The notes below the pieces were generated by a model. That model worked only from the letters and a program-made list of their open reading frames with translations, was not told the origin of the DNA and did not search any database. A stretch of 53,096 bases of DNA. It comes from a virus. Taxonomy: Duplodnaviria; Caudoviricetes. Location of the stretch: positions 1 to 53,096 of the IMG/VR virus record IMGVR_UViG_3300006428_000052, one strand, 5' to 3'. Each line of letters starts with the position of its first letter. Position 1 is the stretch's first letter. Below, piece by piece: positions 1-10,362 of the stretch. A program made the translations under genes and the position numbers.

Positions 1-2997
1 TTATTGCACACAATTCTCAACAAACTTATCGTAATCATCAGCTTTGACAAATTTGGCTCCCTGCCCCAGCGCTGCAAAGTGCTTTTCGCCGCAGCGAATC
101 TTCGCACTCTCGGTGGGTCGCAGAGCATCAGCCAGAATATTGCCTTTTGTCTCTACTACGAAATAGAGCCTATTCTGCCCGTTGTCCTCGATGACCACCG
201 CCCAGTCCGGGTTGTAACTGCCCAGCGGGGTGGCGATCTTAAACCAATCCGGTAGTTTGGCGTAGACCTTGACACTCTCGTTGCCCTCAAATCGTTCGGC
301 AAAGCTGCGCTCCACCTCGCTGTCGTAGACCACATAGTTATATACGCTGCGCTGGCTCTCAATCATATTCCGATTCAGGTAGCCGGTCAGCTCCTCGGAA
401 TCAAACAGTTCCTGGGCATAGAACTCGCTGTCTCCCAGCTTCGTATACTTAATGCCGTCCACGATCAGCAGGCGCATTACCGAGGCAATCGTTTTGGCGG
501 CATCCTCCATGTACGCCTGAGGGTTTTTCTTGAACAGCGGCAGCGTTTTGCTGCGGGTGAGAATCTCCACAATGGTACGGCGGGTGAGGTTGGTGCGGTT
601 TTGCAGATAGGTCACGATGTCCGGCAGGTTCTCTTTGACATCTGCCGCCAGCACCGAAAGCCGCTGCGTCTCGGCTGCGGCTACGCCGCCCTCAGTCACA
701 CTGACCTTCGCCTTGGAATACACCAGCTTGGCCGCTCCCACATTCAGGTTCATCTGCAGATTGTCGCAGCATTTTTGGATCAGTTCTTCAGAATCAAAGT
801 CCACCCGGTAGGTGGTTTTATACTTGATCTTCTCCCACAGGGCCTTAAAATCCTCGCCTAAAAACAGCTCCTTGTTCAGCGCTACCACACGCTTGTCCGC
901 CGCCGGCTTGATATTCAGGTTGCCGCTGGCCTTCTTGCAGACCGCCGCAATGGCGTCGCGCTGCTCGGCGACTGCTTCCGGCACGGTAAGCGTGTTGCTT
1001 TTCAGCGCTGTCTTCAGCGCATCCGTTACCTGATCCTTGCCGTCGATATAGCCGCAAGCCTTGAAGGCATGATAGATAAGCTCCGATTTTTCCGCACCGA
1101 GGTAGGCCGCACTGCCATCGGCCTGCTTGACCGGGATATTGGCAAAGCTGTGGCTTTCCAGCACGCCGAAACGAATACCCTCGTCGGTTTCATACTCGCT
1201 TTGCAGCTTCTTGGCAAAAACATCGTAACTCTCGTTTGCCATAACCGTCAGCGTGTTGATGGAAAAGCCGTGCTGACGTTCACCGTTCTGATTGACGCAC
1301 AGGCGCAGACCGCGCCCAATCTCCTGCCGCTTTTTCACATCGCTCTTGGTTTCGTTCAGCGTGCAGATCTGGAACACATTGGGGTTGTCCCAGCCCTCAC
1401 GCAGGGCGGAGTGAGAAAAGATAAAGCGCAGGGGACACTCAAAAGAAAGCAGCCATTCCTTATTCCGCATAATCGTATTAAATGCCGTTTCGTCGTCAGC
1501 ATTTGCGCGGATATTTCCGGTTTTATCTTCTTTGCTGTCCTTAAATTGTTTTGTGTTTTTATCTATAGAAAAGTATCCGTCATGTACCTTTTCCACCGGG
1601 GTATCCACGTCCACATCCTCAAACAAGGTGCGGTATTTGGGGCGGGCGATCAGTTCCTTATAGCTACGCTCAAATATTTCAGCATAAGGACCCTTACAGG
1701 CATTGCCGTTCTCGTCGTAATAGCGGTAGTTTGCCACCCGGTCGATAAAAAACAGGCTCAGCACCTTGATGCCGCGATGGTTCAGCGCCAGTTCTTTGTT
1801 CAGATGCTCCTCAATAGTTTTGCGGATCTGCTGCTCTTTAATGGCAAGGTCGTCAATGTCGCCCACGGCCTCGCCGATGCGCAGAATCGTGGGCTTGGTA
1901 GAAAAGCTGACATATTCGTTGCTCTGTTCGCAGTAGATTTCATCCACAAGGTAGTTATCATAGACCTCGCGGCCGCCGGTGAGCTGCTGCAAATCGTCCC
2001 CGGCGCGCACAGTCACGCTCTTGCGTTTGACCGCACCTTTCACTTCACAGTCCAGCTCAATTTTCGCCGTAATGGGCGATTTTTTGTTGTCCACGCTCAG
2101 CAGCTTCATGTAGGCGTTGTTGTGATAGTCCACGCTCTCAAAACTGGCCACCTCGATCTGCTTCACCAGCTCCATGTCAAAGGCGTCCACCGCGTCCAAC
2201 TTATAGACCAGATTGTGTTTTACAACATGGGTGGCGGAAAAGCGCAGAGTACATAGGGCGTTCAGCGACGCCATGGCCTTTTTGGATGCCACCGCACCCT
2301 TGCCCTCCACCGACTGCGGCTCGTCCACAATGACAAAGGGGCGTGTTTCCTGAATCAGCTCGATGGGACGCATACCGTTGAGCTTGTCGTTCTGGCGGTG
2401 GATGATATTGGCTTTGTTTTCCTTGTCCGGGTCGTCAAAGCTTTTGCGGAAAGCGTCAATGTTAATGACCATAATGGAAATATGATCGCTGACGGCAAAA
2501 GAGCGCACCTGCTCCAGCTTATTGCTGTCGTAAATAAAGTAGTCGTACACCGTGTTGTCGTAGAGGTTGCCGAAATGCTCCTGCGTGATTTGCAGGTTTT
2601 TATAGACGCCCTCTTTGATGGCGATGCTGGGCACCACGATAACAAACTTGGAAAAGCCGTAGGCCTTGTTCAGCTCAAAAATCGTACGCAGATACACATA
2701 GGTCTTGCCGGTGCCGGTCTCCATCTCCACGTCGAAATCATATGTATTCTTTTTCAGAACCTTGGTCTGGGGCAGACCGTTGCGCAGTTGTACCGCCTGC
2801 AAATTGGCAAGAAGCTCGTCCTCGGTCAGCTCCAGCTTGTTGCCGATGCCGTGGTTCGTGTCCTCCATGCCGACCTGCCCGGCGTAGGCGGATACGGTGA
2901 AGTTGGACTGCTTAGGCGTCTGGCCGCGAAAGAGGTCAACCACGGAAGAAATCGCCTGCTCCTGATATTGGAGGTTTGCGTCAAATTGTAGTTTCAT
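1..2997 (-). CDS. res: Type III restriction enzyme Res subunit
   Basis: 998 aa; MKLQF N-terminus, Walker A METGTGKT, DEPQ, ALREGWDNPNVFQIC, C-terminal nuclease YNPDW..VETKG; downstream of mod. Confidence 0.95.
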   Translation of the reverse strand: MKLQFDANLQYQEQAISSVVDLFRGQTPKQSNFTVSAYAGQVGMEDTNHGIGNKLELTEDELLANLQAVQLRNGLPQTKVLKKNTYDFDVEMETGTGKTYVYLRTIFELNKAYGFSKFVIVVPSIAIKEGVYKNLQITQEHFGNLYDNTVYDYFIYDSNKLEQVRSFAVSDHISIMVINIDAFRKSFDDPDKENKANIIHRQNDKLNGMRPIELIQETRPFVIVDEPQSVEGKGAVASKKAMASLNALCTLRFSATHVVKHNLVYKLDAVDAFDMELVKQIEVASFESVDYHNNAYMKLLSVDNKKSPITAKIELDCEVKGAVKRKSVTVRAGDDLQQLTGGREVYDNYLVDEIYCEQSNEYVSFSTKPTILRIGEAVGDIDDLAIKEQQIRKTIEEHLNKELALNHRGIKVLSLFFIDRVANYRYYDENGNACKGPYAEIFERSYKELIARPKYRTLFEDVDVDTPVEKVHDGYFSIDKNTKQFKDSKEDKTGNIRANADDETAFNTIMRNKEWLLSFECPLRFIFSHSALREGWDNPNVFQICTLNETKSDVKKRQEIGRGLRLCVNQNGERQHGFSINTLTVMANESYDVFAKKLQSEYETDEGIRFGVLESHSFANIPVKQADGSAAYLGAEKSELIYHAFKACGYIDGKDQVTDALKTALKSNTLTVPEAVAEQRDAIAAVCKKASGNLNIKPAADKRVVALNKELFLGEDFKALWEKIKYKTTYRVDFDSEELIQKCCDNLQMNLNVGAAKLVYSKAKVSVTEGGVAAAETQRLSVLAADVKENLPDIVTYLQNRTNLTRRTIVEILTRSKTLPLFKKNPQAYMEDAAKTIASVMRLLIVDGIKYTKLGDSEFYAQELFDSEELTGYLNRNMIESQRSVYNYVVYDSEVERSFAERFEGNESVKVYAKLPDWFKIATPLGSYNPDWAVVIEDNGQNRLYFVVETKGNILADALRPTESAKIRCGEKHFAALGQGAKFVKADDYDKFVENCVQ

Positions 2998-3518
2998 TTG
3001 TGGTCACCTCCATATATTTTTAGTAGGTTCTTTATTGTGTCTGCGTTCTGACGATTATGATCTGCCATTCTTGAAAAGTCCTTAACTTTATATGGCGTCT
3101 GCAGGCCATTTGAAATACCAATCAAATTTGCCGTTGCATCATAAATGACTTCTTTCTTAGGGATACCAATCTTGAGCCATGACAAGGTTTCGATAAAAGC
3201 ACGCAACTCGGCGGCACTCTTACGCAGTTCTTTTGCGGCATTCTCATAATCGTCCGGTAACTTATTGTCCGTTTCTGCAATATCAACAGGATTACTGTAG
3301 TAGCAGGCATAAACTGTCAGCATGTATGACACTTTTCCGCGAATTTTCTTGTATTCCTGCAGTGGTGTTAGCCAAATTTCTTTGAGCCACTCGCTGATGG
3401 CAAAGACAAGAACGCCGGACAATACTGTTACAATAATCGTCAGAGCATACTCTGGAACGCCTGCATTATCCGCCTGCTCAACAATCACATGGAGCACATC
3501 ATTTGTCATCATCCTCAC
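2994..3518 (-). CDS. Hypothetical protein with N-terminal transmembrane helix, inserted between mod and res
   Basis: 174 aa AT-rich ORF; hydrophobic LTIIVTVLSGVLVFAI; stop overlaps res ATG. Confidence 0.75.
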   Translation of the reverse strand: MRMMTNDVLHVIVEQADNAGVPEYALTIIVTVLSGVLVFAISEWLKEIWLTPLQEYKKIRGKVSYMLTVYACYYSNPVDIAETDNKLPDDYENAAKELRKSAAELRAFIETLSWLKIGIPKKEVIYDATANLIGISNGLQTPYKVKDFSRMADHNRQNADTIKNLLKIYGGDHK

Positions 3519-3519
3519 C

Positions 3520-5406
3520 TTAAACCGTTGTAAATGCGTCTTCGTCTAATCCGGCGCATTTGAGGATTTCTTTGATGTTGACCTTGGCGCTGTCGTCGGT
3601 AAAGCCGTTGTCCTTGAACACGACCTTCCAGGTTTCCGGGGCAAGCTCCTTGTGGAGCGCCACCATGCCTTCGGCTACGTCGGGGGTAATATGGTCGTCC
3701 AGACAGATCATCAGCGCGCCCATGCCAATGGCATAGACGTTTTTGCCGCCGTAGATGCGGGTTTCCAGCGGCCATGTCAGGTCAAGGCCCATTTTGAGCA
3801 TGATTTCATAGACCACATCCAGCTCGGAGCGGCCATCCACATAGTTGCTGACGCTGTCAAACAAGCTCTGTTCCAAATCGTCCGCGTCCGGCTGCCACTT
3901 GCGCAGGTTGGAGGTGTCCAGCTTGAAGTCCTTAAAGCCGATGTCCGGCACCCGCTTTGGCTCCTCACCAATTTTGAGCTGGGCGTTCTGCTCCTCAACC
4001 TCGGCCTTGATTTTCTCGCCTGCCCGGCGGATGCGCTCTTTGCCGATTTCGCAGATATTTTTGTAACCGGCCTTGGCGGCTTCCGTGCCCTCGGCGCAGG
4101 GCTCCGGCAGCTGCACCATGATGAATTTGCGATTTCCGCCGTCCTCAGCATTCAGCTGCATGACGGCGTGAGCGGTAGTAGCAGAGCCGGAAAAGAAGTC
4201 GAGGATGATATCGTTTTCTTTACTGCATAGGTAGACAAGACGGTGCATGAATCTCAGAGGTTTTGGGTAGTCAAAGAATTGGCCGTCTAATAAAGTTTTT
4301 AGTTGACGATTTGCTTCATCACTATGTCCCACTTCGGAATAATCTAAGAAAGTTGACTGACTAACACCATCTTTTACTTCAGAAAGGAATCTTTTAATGG
4401 AAGGTACACTATCGCCATTAGTACCAAACCAAATGCGATTATCTTCCAAAAGTTTACAAAACGATTCCCGGTTTGTTATCCATCGTTTTCCACTTGGCGG
4501 AGTGACAAGTCTGCCACTGGGCGTTGTTATAGGAAATATACACGATGGAGATTCTCCAACTCCAGTAAAATCTCCACTTTTCCATACTCCACGGGTATCA
4601 TTATCTGGGTTTTTATATCTATCATTCTGCTTATCAGTCCTTGGAAGGAAGTTGGGATACCATAAGTCTTTTTGTTTAGCATATACCACAATATAATCAT
4701 GATAATGTAGAAACCACTTGCTATCGTTTTTTCCTCCGTACATTTTCTTCCATATAAGTGTGTCAATAAAATTATATTCGCCGAAAATTTCATCACATAT
4801 TTTTCTGAAATTGTTTACTTCTTCTTCACCAATAGAAATCACTAATACTCCGTCATCGGTCAGCAGGTTTCTTGCCAACCTTAGCCGGGGGTACATCATA
4901 TTCAGCCAGTCGGTATGGTAGCGACCGTTGGCCTCGGTGTTCGTGCTGACCTTGCGCCCCTCGGCGTCCACCTGCCCGGTGATCTCCTTGTAGTTTTCCA
5001 GACTGTCGGAAAAATCGTCCGGATACACAAAGTCGCTGCCGGTGTTATAGGGCGGGTCTATGTAAATCATTTTCACCTTGCCGTGGTAGCTCTTTTGCAG
5101 CAGCTTGAGCACTTCCAGATTGTCGCCCTCGATATAGAGGTTCTGGGTGTCCTCCCAGTTTTTGCTCTCGGCCTTGCAGGGGCGCAGCGTCCCCATGGAC
5201 GGCGTCTGGCTCAGCCGCAGCGCCTGTCCCTTGCCGTTCCAAGTGAAGTTATACCGCTCGGCACTGTCGTCGGTGTACTCGCCCAGCAGTTGCTTGAGCT
5301 TGTCAAAATCCACCTTGCCCTCGCAGCAAACCTCCGGAAACAGCTCCCGCAGCGCCGCAATATTGTCCTTCAATATATCCTCGGATTGCCCGTTAAGTGT
5401 TGTCAT
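3520..5406 (-). CDS. mod: Type III RM adenine methyltransferase Mod
   Basis: IYIDPPYNTG (motif IV), DFFSGSATT (motif I), beta-class order; AT-rich central target-recognition domain. Confidence 0.95.
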   Translation of the reverse strand: MTTLNGQSEDILKDNIAALRELFPEVCCEGKVDFDKLKQLLGEYTDDSAERYNFTWNGKGQALRLSQTPSMGTLRPCKAESKNWEDTQNLYIEGDNLEVLKLLQKSYHGKVKMIYIDPPYNTGSDFVYPDDFSDSLENYKEITGQVDAEGRKVSTNTEANGRYHTDWLNMMYPRLRLARNLLTDDGVLVISIGEEEVNNFRKICDEIFGEYNFIDTLIWKKMYGGKNDSKWFLHYHDYIVVYAKQKDLWYPNFLPRTDKQNDRYKNPDNDTRGVWKSGDFTGVGESPSCIFPITTPSGRLVTPPSGKRWITNRESFCKLLEDNRIWFGTNGDSVPSIKRFLSEVKDGVSQSTFLDYSEVGHSDEANRQLKTLLDGQFFDYPKPLRFMHRLVYLCSKENDIILDFFSGSATTAHAVMQLNAEDGGNRKFIMVQLPEPCAEGTEAAKAGYKNICEIGKERIRRAGEKIKAEVEEQNAQLKIGEEPKRVPDIGFKDFKLDTSNLRKWQPDADDLEQSLFDSVSNYVDGRSELDVVYEIMLKMGLDLTWPLETRIYGGKNVYAIGMGALMICLDDHITPDVAEGMVALHKELAPETWKVVFKDNGFTDDSAKVNIKEILKCAGLDEDAFTTV

Positions 5407-6172
5407 TGGTTGTGGCCTCCTTTATTCCAATTCGTTGCTGATTGCTTAGCAAGTAAACATACAAGTGAAGTTCATCCTCAAGCTCATCTTCCGAAACCTG
5501 CCGCGGTTCGCAAACCAATTTATAGAATAATACTTGCTTAAACTGATAGCCGACGATGTTTTGATATTCAATCTCCTTAGTAATGACTTTATCAATTGCT
5601 TTTTCAGTTAAACTGATATGATATTGGAACGATTCTCCAACATTTATGGCTTGATTTACTTTGTTGTCCATTGGATTTGAAATTCTCCCAAAGCCCTGTT
5701 GATAGCTAACGTTTGTCGCTATTCCTTGCCCAATATTTTTAATATTGACTACTGCCTTAGAGCCGTTAAGTGTGTAATGACTTTTCTCAAATTCCACGAA
5801 GGTGCTGTTTCCTTTTTCTGTATAATGCTGCTTGCTTGCGATGGGTACTACAGATTCAATTACGAAAAATGGAGTTAATGTATTTGCCGCTTCATAATTA
5901 ACTTGTGATGCTTTATGTCTTTCATTTTGTTTGTACGCAACAAATCCTAAAAAAGTAGTACCAGCAAAAGCAAGAAACGAACCATAGAATGACAAAACAT
6001 CCTTTGCATCCCATAATGTCTGATAACCTGTACCCGTCTTGTAACACTCGTTGATTATAAAAGGTACAGACAGAATAATGACAAGTCCAAAAATCCAAAC
6101 CCACCATCTCTGATGCCATGGTTTGCGCCAGGCAAAGAACCATTTTATATCATGCTTTTTCTGATTCTGCAT
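5393..6172 (-). CDS. Hypothetical protein with two N-terminal TM segments, inserted between DUF4391 and mod
   Basis: 259 aa AT-rich ORF; GGAGG RBS; overlaps both neighbours. Confidence 0.75.
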   Translation of the reverse strand: MQNQKKHDIKWFFAWRKPWHQRWWVWIFGLVIILSVPFIINECYKTGTGYQTLWDAKDVLSFYGSFLAFAGTTFLGFVAYKQNERHKASQVNYEAANTLTPFFVIESVVPIASKQHYTEKGNSTFVEFEKSHYTLNGSKAVVNIKNIGQGIATNVSYQQGFGRISNPMDNKVNQAINVGESFQYHISLTEKAIDKVITKEIEYQNIVGYQFKQVLFYKLVCEPRQVSEDELEDELHLYVYLLSNQQRIGIKEATTNDNT

Positions 6173-6869
6173 GGCATGTGGCCTCCAATCTCTTAATCTC
6201 CATATTGATTTCCACCTTGCGGTTGAACTGTGTTTCCTTTTTCAGCTCCGCACGCAGGGCTGCGATTTTGGCTTCCGTGGCCTGCCGCTTTGCCAGCAGC
6301 TCCCGCGCCTGCTCGCCGGTCAAGTTTTCGCAATTATGAATTATGCATTGTGCATTATGAATTGAAATCCTGTCCACCAAGTCGCTGTACAGCTCATAAA
6401 AGTTGCCGTGCCGCAGCGTCCGGATGTCCAGCTCCTCACGCAGCGCTCCAAACTCCGCACTGCCCATCCACCCGGTGCAGACCGGCTCCTCCAGCACGTT
6501 CTTCTCGCTATCGTTCTGGCTGCTGCGCTGGTGCGCCGCCCAAAGCTGCGTCTGGTTTTCGCACTGCAGCACCAGCAGCATGGGGTACGGGATGGTACGC
6601 ATGATGATCTCGGCAATGCGCCGTTCTCCGGCCTGCCGGGTCAGCGCCACTTCGATAAGCTCCACCTCGCCATACTCCCGCGCGGCGTCCTTGTAGGGTT
6701 TTACAAAGCAGTTGTCGGGTTTGAGGGAATACCGCCATGTGATTTTCTCAATGCCCTCGGAAAACAGCTTTTTATCCGCCGCCGAGAGCACGCCGTTTTC
6801 ATAAAACAGCTTCTTATAAATAACATTATCCACCTTGCAGGCGGCAGGAATATGCAGCGCGTCGTACAT
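6150..6869 (-). CDS. DUF4391-family protein
   Basis: IYKKLFYENG, IPYPMLL, C-terminal coiled coil KKETQFNRKVEIN; canonical position between SNF2 helicase and mod. Confidence 0.85.
   Translation of the reverse strand: MYDALHIPAACKVDNVIYKKLFYENGVLSAADKKLFSEGIEKITWRYSLKPDNCFVKPYKDAAREYGEVELIEVALTRQAGERRIAEIIMRTIPYPMLLVLQCENQTQLWAAHQRSSQNDSEKNVLEEPVCTGWMGSAEFGALREELDIRTLRHGNFYELYSDLVDRISIHNAQCIIHNCENLTGEQARELLAKRQATEAKIAALRAELKKETQFNRKVEINMEIKRLEATCHAESEKA
6332..6363. repeat. Tandem heptamer repeat inside the DUF4391 gene
   Basis: AATTATG AATTATG CATTGTG CATTATG AATT. Confidence 0.7.
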
Positions 6870-6880
6870 GGTTTCACCCC

Positions 6881-9800
6881 TCATTTTAGCACTAAGAAAC
6901 TAATCAGTTCAAAATCCTCAATGCCGTCGTAATACTCCTTCTGCATGGTGGTGCCGCCCTTGCTGAACAGGCTGGCCACGCCGATCTCCTGCTTTTTGCC
7001 CACCAGATTTTCAATGGCGGTCTCCAGCAGTGCGGAGTAGGCTTTCATGTTGCTGCCGTCCTGGGTTTCGGCGTTGAACTGCGCCGCCAGCTCCGTGAGC
7101 ACTTCGCCTTGCCCGGAGCAGAGCTTTTTGTAAGCATCCAGAATCTTTTTGGCGTGGAGAAAAGAGAGCTTCACCTCGCCGCTTTGCGTGACATAGAGCA
7201 GATAATAGGGGAACAGCGCGTTCTGCTCCCGTGTCTGCGCCGCGCCGTGTACCTGCCGCAGGGTAAAGATCACGCCGGGGGACAGCTCACCTTGCAGTTC
7301 GGTCGGAATCTGCGCCACGGCGTACATCCCGGAGGGCGCCTGCGCCAGCTCCTTTTTGTGGTCTTTCAGATAGCCCATCAGGTCGGTTTTGAAGTCATTG
7401 AAGGTCATATCCGTGATGGAAATGCCGCCGGAGATGTCCTCCAGATCCACCACTTGGTTTTGCAGGCTCTTGAGCTGCTTGCGGCGGTACTCCAAGTCCT
7501 TCATCTCACGGCTGCCCTCGTCGATGACGTTTTCTTCGCCGGTGGCGGAAACATCCAGCAGCACCATGCGCCCCTGCACCCGCTGCTGCAGGTTGATGTA
7601 TTCGTCCAAATCCTGCATAGGCCAGAAATTGACCAGCTGGATGACGTCGTTGGTGGAGCCGATGCGGTCGATCCGGCCAAAGCGCTGGATGATGCGCACC
7701 GGGTTCCAGTGGATGTCGTAGTTTATGAGATAGTCGCAGTCCTGCAGGTTTTGACCTTCGGAAATACAGTCGGTGGCGATCAGCACATCAATTTCGCCGG
7801 CCACATCCGGGAATATCTTCTCCTTGTTTTTGGAGCGCGGGGAAAACAGAGTTAGCACCGTGTTGAGGTCGCTGATTTTCACCCGGCCGCGCTGACCGGA
7901 TGGGATTTTCAATGTGGTTTTATTATCGCCGCTGCCGGTCACCATGGCGGCAGTCAGGCCGAGCCCGGACAAAAAGGGCGTCAGGTTTTCATACAGGTAG
8001 TTGGCGGTATCCGCAAAGGCGGAGAAAATGACCAGCTTCCGATTTTCGCCGTTGAGGGGATTATTCACCTTATCGGAAATCAGTGTCTTGAGGTCGGAGA
8101 GCTTCTCATCCCGGTCAGGCGTCACCTGACGGGCAATCTGCAAAATCTGTTCCAGATTTGCGCGGTCACTCAAAAGGTCATCCTTCCAGCGGATCAGATC
8201 CATATCCTGCAGCAGTACCTTGACCGATTTGCCCACGGCCAGATCGTCAAGCTCCGGGTCATCCAGATCAATGTCACCGATGCTGACATCTGCCGGTTCG
8301 GACAGCATTTTGCTGTCGGCAAGGGATAGGGCATGGTCAATGCCGTGCAGAATCTTGTCCACCGTCAGAGAAAAGGAATGGATGGAGCTTTCCATGCGCT
8401 TGAGAATACCCACACGCATGAGGTTCACCAAGCTACTTTCGCGGTCGATCTGCTTAAAGACACCGCTGCCCACCTGAGCGTCATAGCGCTTGCTGTATTC
8501 CGCGCGCTTTTCCGGCAGCAGATAGGCCAGAGGTGAATAGACGCAGAGGGTCAGGCGCTTGATCATCGTGTTGACGTCGCCGATAGGCGGGAATTCATTT
8601 TTACTGTCCACACCGGAATAGAGGTTTTTCGGCGGCAGGCGTTTGGGGAACTGGCCGATCTCCGCGATGTTGTAGTATTTTTCAATGTGCTTGCGGCTAC
8701 GGGCGATGGTGATGGTATCCAGCAGCTTGAAGTAGCTTAAATCCATCATTTCCACAAAGGTGTCGGAGGTGCGCTCCTCATCCGGCAGCTCCGACCAGCG
8801 GTTAAACACCAGCTGCGCCTTGCGCAGAACGTGCTCAATGCTGGGAATACCCACCTCGGAAAACGCGTCATTTTTGCCCTCGGTGATGAAGGCAATCTGA
8901 TTCTTTATATCGTTCATCCGGTTATTGACCGGCGTTGCAGACAGCATGAGAACGCGGGTCTTAACGCCCGCGCGAATAATATCTTCCATCAGCCGCTCGT
9001 AGCGGGTGATATGCCCTTTGACGGGCGGATTGTTGCGGAAATTGTGGCTCTCGTCTATGACCACAAGGTCATAGTTGCCCCAGTTGACCGTGGCAAGGTC
9101 GATGTCGCCGCTCTTACCGCTTTCGCGGGAGAGGTCGGTGTGATTGAGCACATCGTAGTGGAAGCGATCAGCAGAAAAGAGATTCCGCCGGTCATTCAGG
9201 GTGTAAATGCTCCAGTTTTCCCGCAGCTTCTTGGGAGCCAGCACCAGCACCCGGTCATTGCGCAGCTCATAGTATTTGATGACCGCCAGCGCCGTAAAGG
9301 TTTTGCCGAGGCCGACGCTGTCTGCGAGAATGCAGCCGCCGAACTTCTCAATTTTTTCAATAATACCGATGGCACCGTCTTTTTGAAACTGATAGAGCTT
9401 GTTCCAAATCTCGGTTTCCTTGATACCGGTGCGGGACTTCATAATATGGTCTTCGGACAGCTCGTCCAGATACTGATTAAAGATGTGGTAGAGGGTGACA
9501 AAGTAGATGAACTCCGGCGTGTTTTCCTTATAGAGTACCTGTACCTGCCGGAGCACCTCGTCCTTGATATCCTCAACCGCGGAGCCATCATTCCAGAGAT
9601 CGTCAAACATTTTCAGAAACTGTGCTGTGCAGTCGCTTCCGTACATACAGAGGTTGCTGTCCGCTCGGCTGGACGGGGTCAGGCCGAGGCCTTCCGTGGT
9701 AAAATCCACGGTGCCGTTGATGGAGACAGAATCAGCTCCGTTGTCGATATAGACAAGGCGCGGCTGTGCGGAGTTTGGGGATGTAAACATCTTAATCTGT

Positions 9801-10141
9801 GCTTTTCGCTCCAGCCATTGGGCACATTCCCGCGCGACGGAGGCCTGACACATTTCATTGCGCAGTTTGATTTCGTATTGGTTGCCCGAGAGAGCCTGTC
9901 CTGCAGGGTGATCTATGTAATATTCACGGCTGGGTTCTTCCTCATTTTTGATAAAAACCGGATCAGTGAACAGCATCCGCACGCCGTCCACCTTCATGAG
10001 TTCTTTTTTTAGCTCTGCAAAGGCGTAGATGGTGAAGTAGGCCGTCATTACTGACAGCTTGGAACCTTTGCTTATATTTTCCCGCAGTTCGTCCGCAACG
10101 TTGCCATTGCGTTTATTGTCAAGCATCTTTGGTGGCTTCAT
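6881..10141 (-). CDS. SNF2-like helicase with N-terminal PLD-like domain
   Basis: 1086 aa; ADSVGLGKT, DESHNFRN, SATPVNN, SEGQNLQD, QRFGRIDRIG. Confidence 0.92.
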   Translation of the reverse strand: MKPPKMLDNKRNGNVADELRENISKGSKLSVMTAYFTIYAFAELKKELMKVDGVRMLFTDPVFIKNEEEPSREYYIDHPAGQALSGNQYEIKLRNEMCQASVARECAQWLERKAQIKMFTSPNSAQPRLVYIDNGADSVSINGTVDFTTEGLGLTPSSRADSNLCMYGSDCTAQFLKMFDDLWNDGSAVEDIKDEVLRQVQVLYKENTPEFIYFVTLYHIFNQYLDELSEDHIMKSRTGIKETEIWNKLYQFQKDGAIGIIEKIEKFGGCILADSVGLGKTFTALAVIKYYELRNDRVLVLAPKKLRENWSIYTLNDRRNLFSADRFHYDVLNHTDLSRESGKSGDIDLATVNWGNYDLVVIDESHNFRNNPPVKGHITRYERLMEDIIRAGVKTRVLMLSATPVNNRMNDIKNQIAFITEGKNDAFSEVGIPSIEHVLRKAQLVFNRWSELPDEERTSDTFVEMMDLSYFKLLDTITIARSRKHIEKYYNIAEIGQFPKRLPPKNLYSGVDSKNEFPPIGDVNTMIKRLTLCVYSPLAYLLPEKRAEYSKRYDAQVGSGVFKQIDRESSLVNLMRVGILKRMESSIHSFSLTVDKILHGIDHALSLADSKMLSEPADVSIGDIDLDDPELDDLAVGKSVKVLLQDMDLIRWKDDLLSDRANLEQILQIARQVTPDRDEKLSDLKTLISDKVNNPLNGENRKLVIFSAFADTANYLYENLTPFLSGLGLTAAMVTGSGDNKTTLKIPSGQRGRVKISDLNTVLTLFSPRSKNKEKIFPDVAGEIDVLIATDCISEGQNLQDCDYLINYDIHWNPVRIIQRFGRIDRIGSTNDVIQLVNFWPMQDLDEYINLQQRVQGRMVLLDVSATGEENVIDEGSREMKDLEYRRKQLKSLQNQVVDLEDISGGISITDMTFNDFKTDLMGYLKDHKKELAQAPSGMYAVAQIPTELQGELSPGVIFTLRQVHGAAQTREQNALFPYYLLYVTQSGEVKLSFLHAKKILDAYKKLCSGQGEVLTELAAQFNAETQDGSNMKAYSALLETAIENLVGKKQEIGVASLFSKGGTTMQKEYYDGIEDFELISFLVLK

Positions 10142-10326
10142 CTTGCCACCTCTGTTTCATGACTTGCAGTACGCGGGTCGGCAGGCTTTTTCGCGTCTGG
10201 TGGCAAGAGCCATGTCTTACCAGCCTTTACCGTACCGGGGATGCGCCCCTGTGCACAAAGAATTGCCACTCTGCGGGGAGATATTCCCCAAAGCTGAGCT
10301 GCCTGCTTTGTTGTTAGAAACTCCAT
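10138..10326 (-). CDS. Small HTH (HTH_17/excisionase-like) DNA-binding protein heading the RM operon
   Basis: MEFLTTKQAAQLWGISPRRVAILCAQGRIPG; GAGGTG RBS; stop overlaps helicase ATG. Confidence 0.85.
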   Translation of the reverse strand: MEFLTTKQAAQLWGISPRRVAILCAQGRIPGTVKAGKTWLLPPDAKKPADPRTASHETEVAR

Positions 10327-10362
10327 AATTCGCACCTCGCCGACTATATTTCTACAGATAAT

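Noticed and set aside
1069-2256. Long plus-strand ORF (likewise 8831-10012, 31576-32772, 42360-43376, 26751-27575)
   Set aside because: Antisense shadows of well-supported minus-strand genes; no recognisable motifs
3520-5406. Phase-variable mod (phasevarion)
   Set aside because: No simple-sequence repeat tract seen in mod
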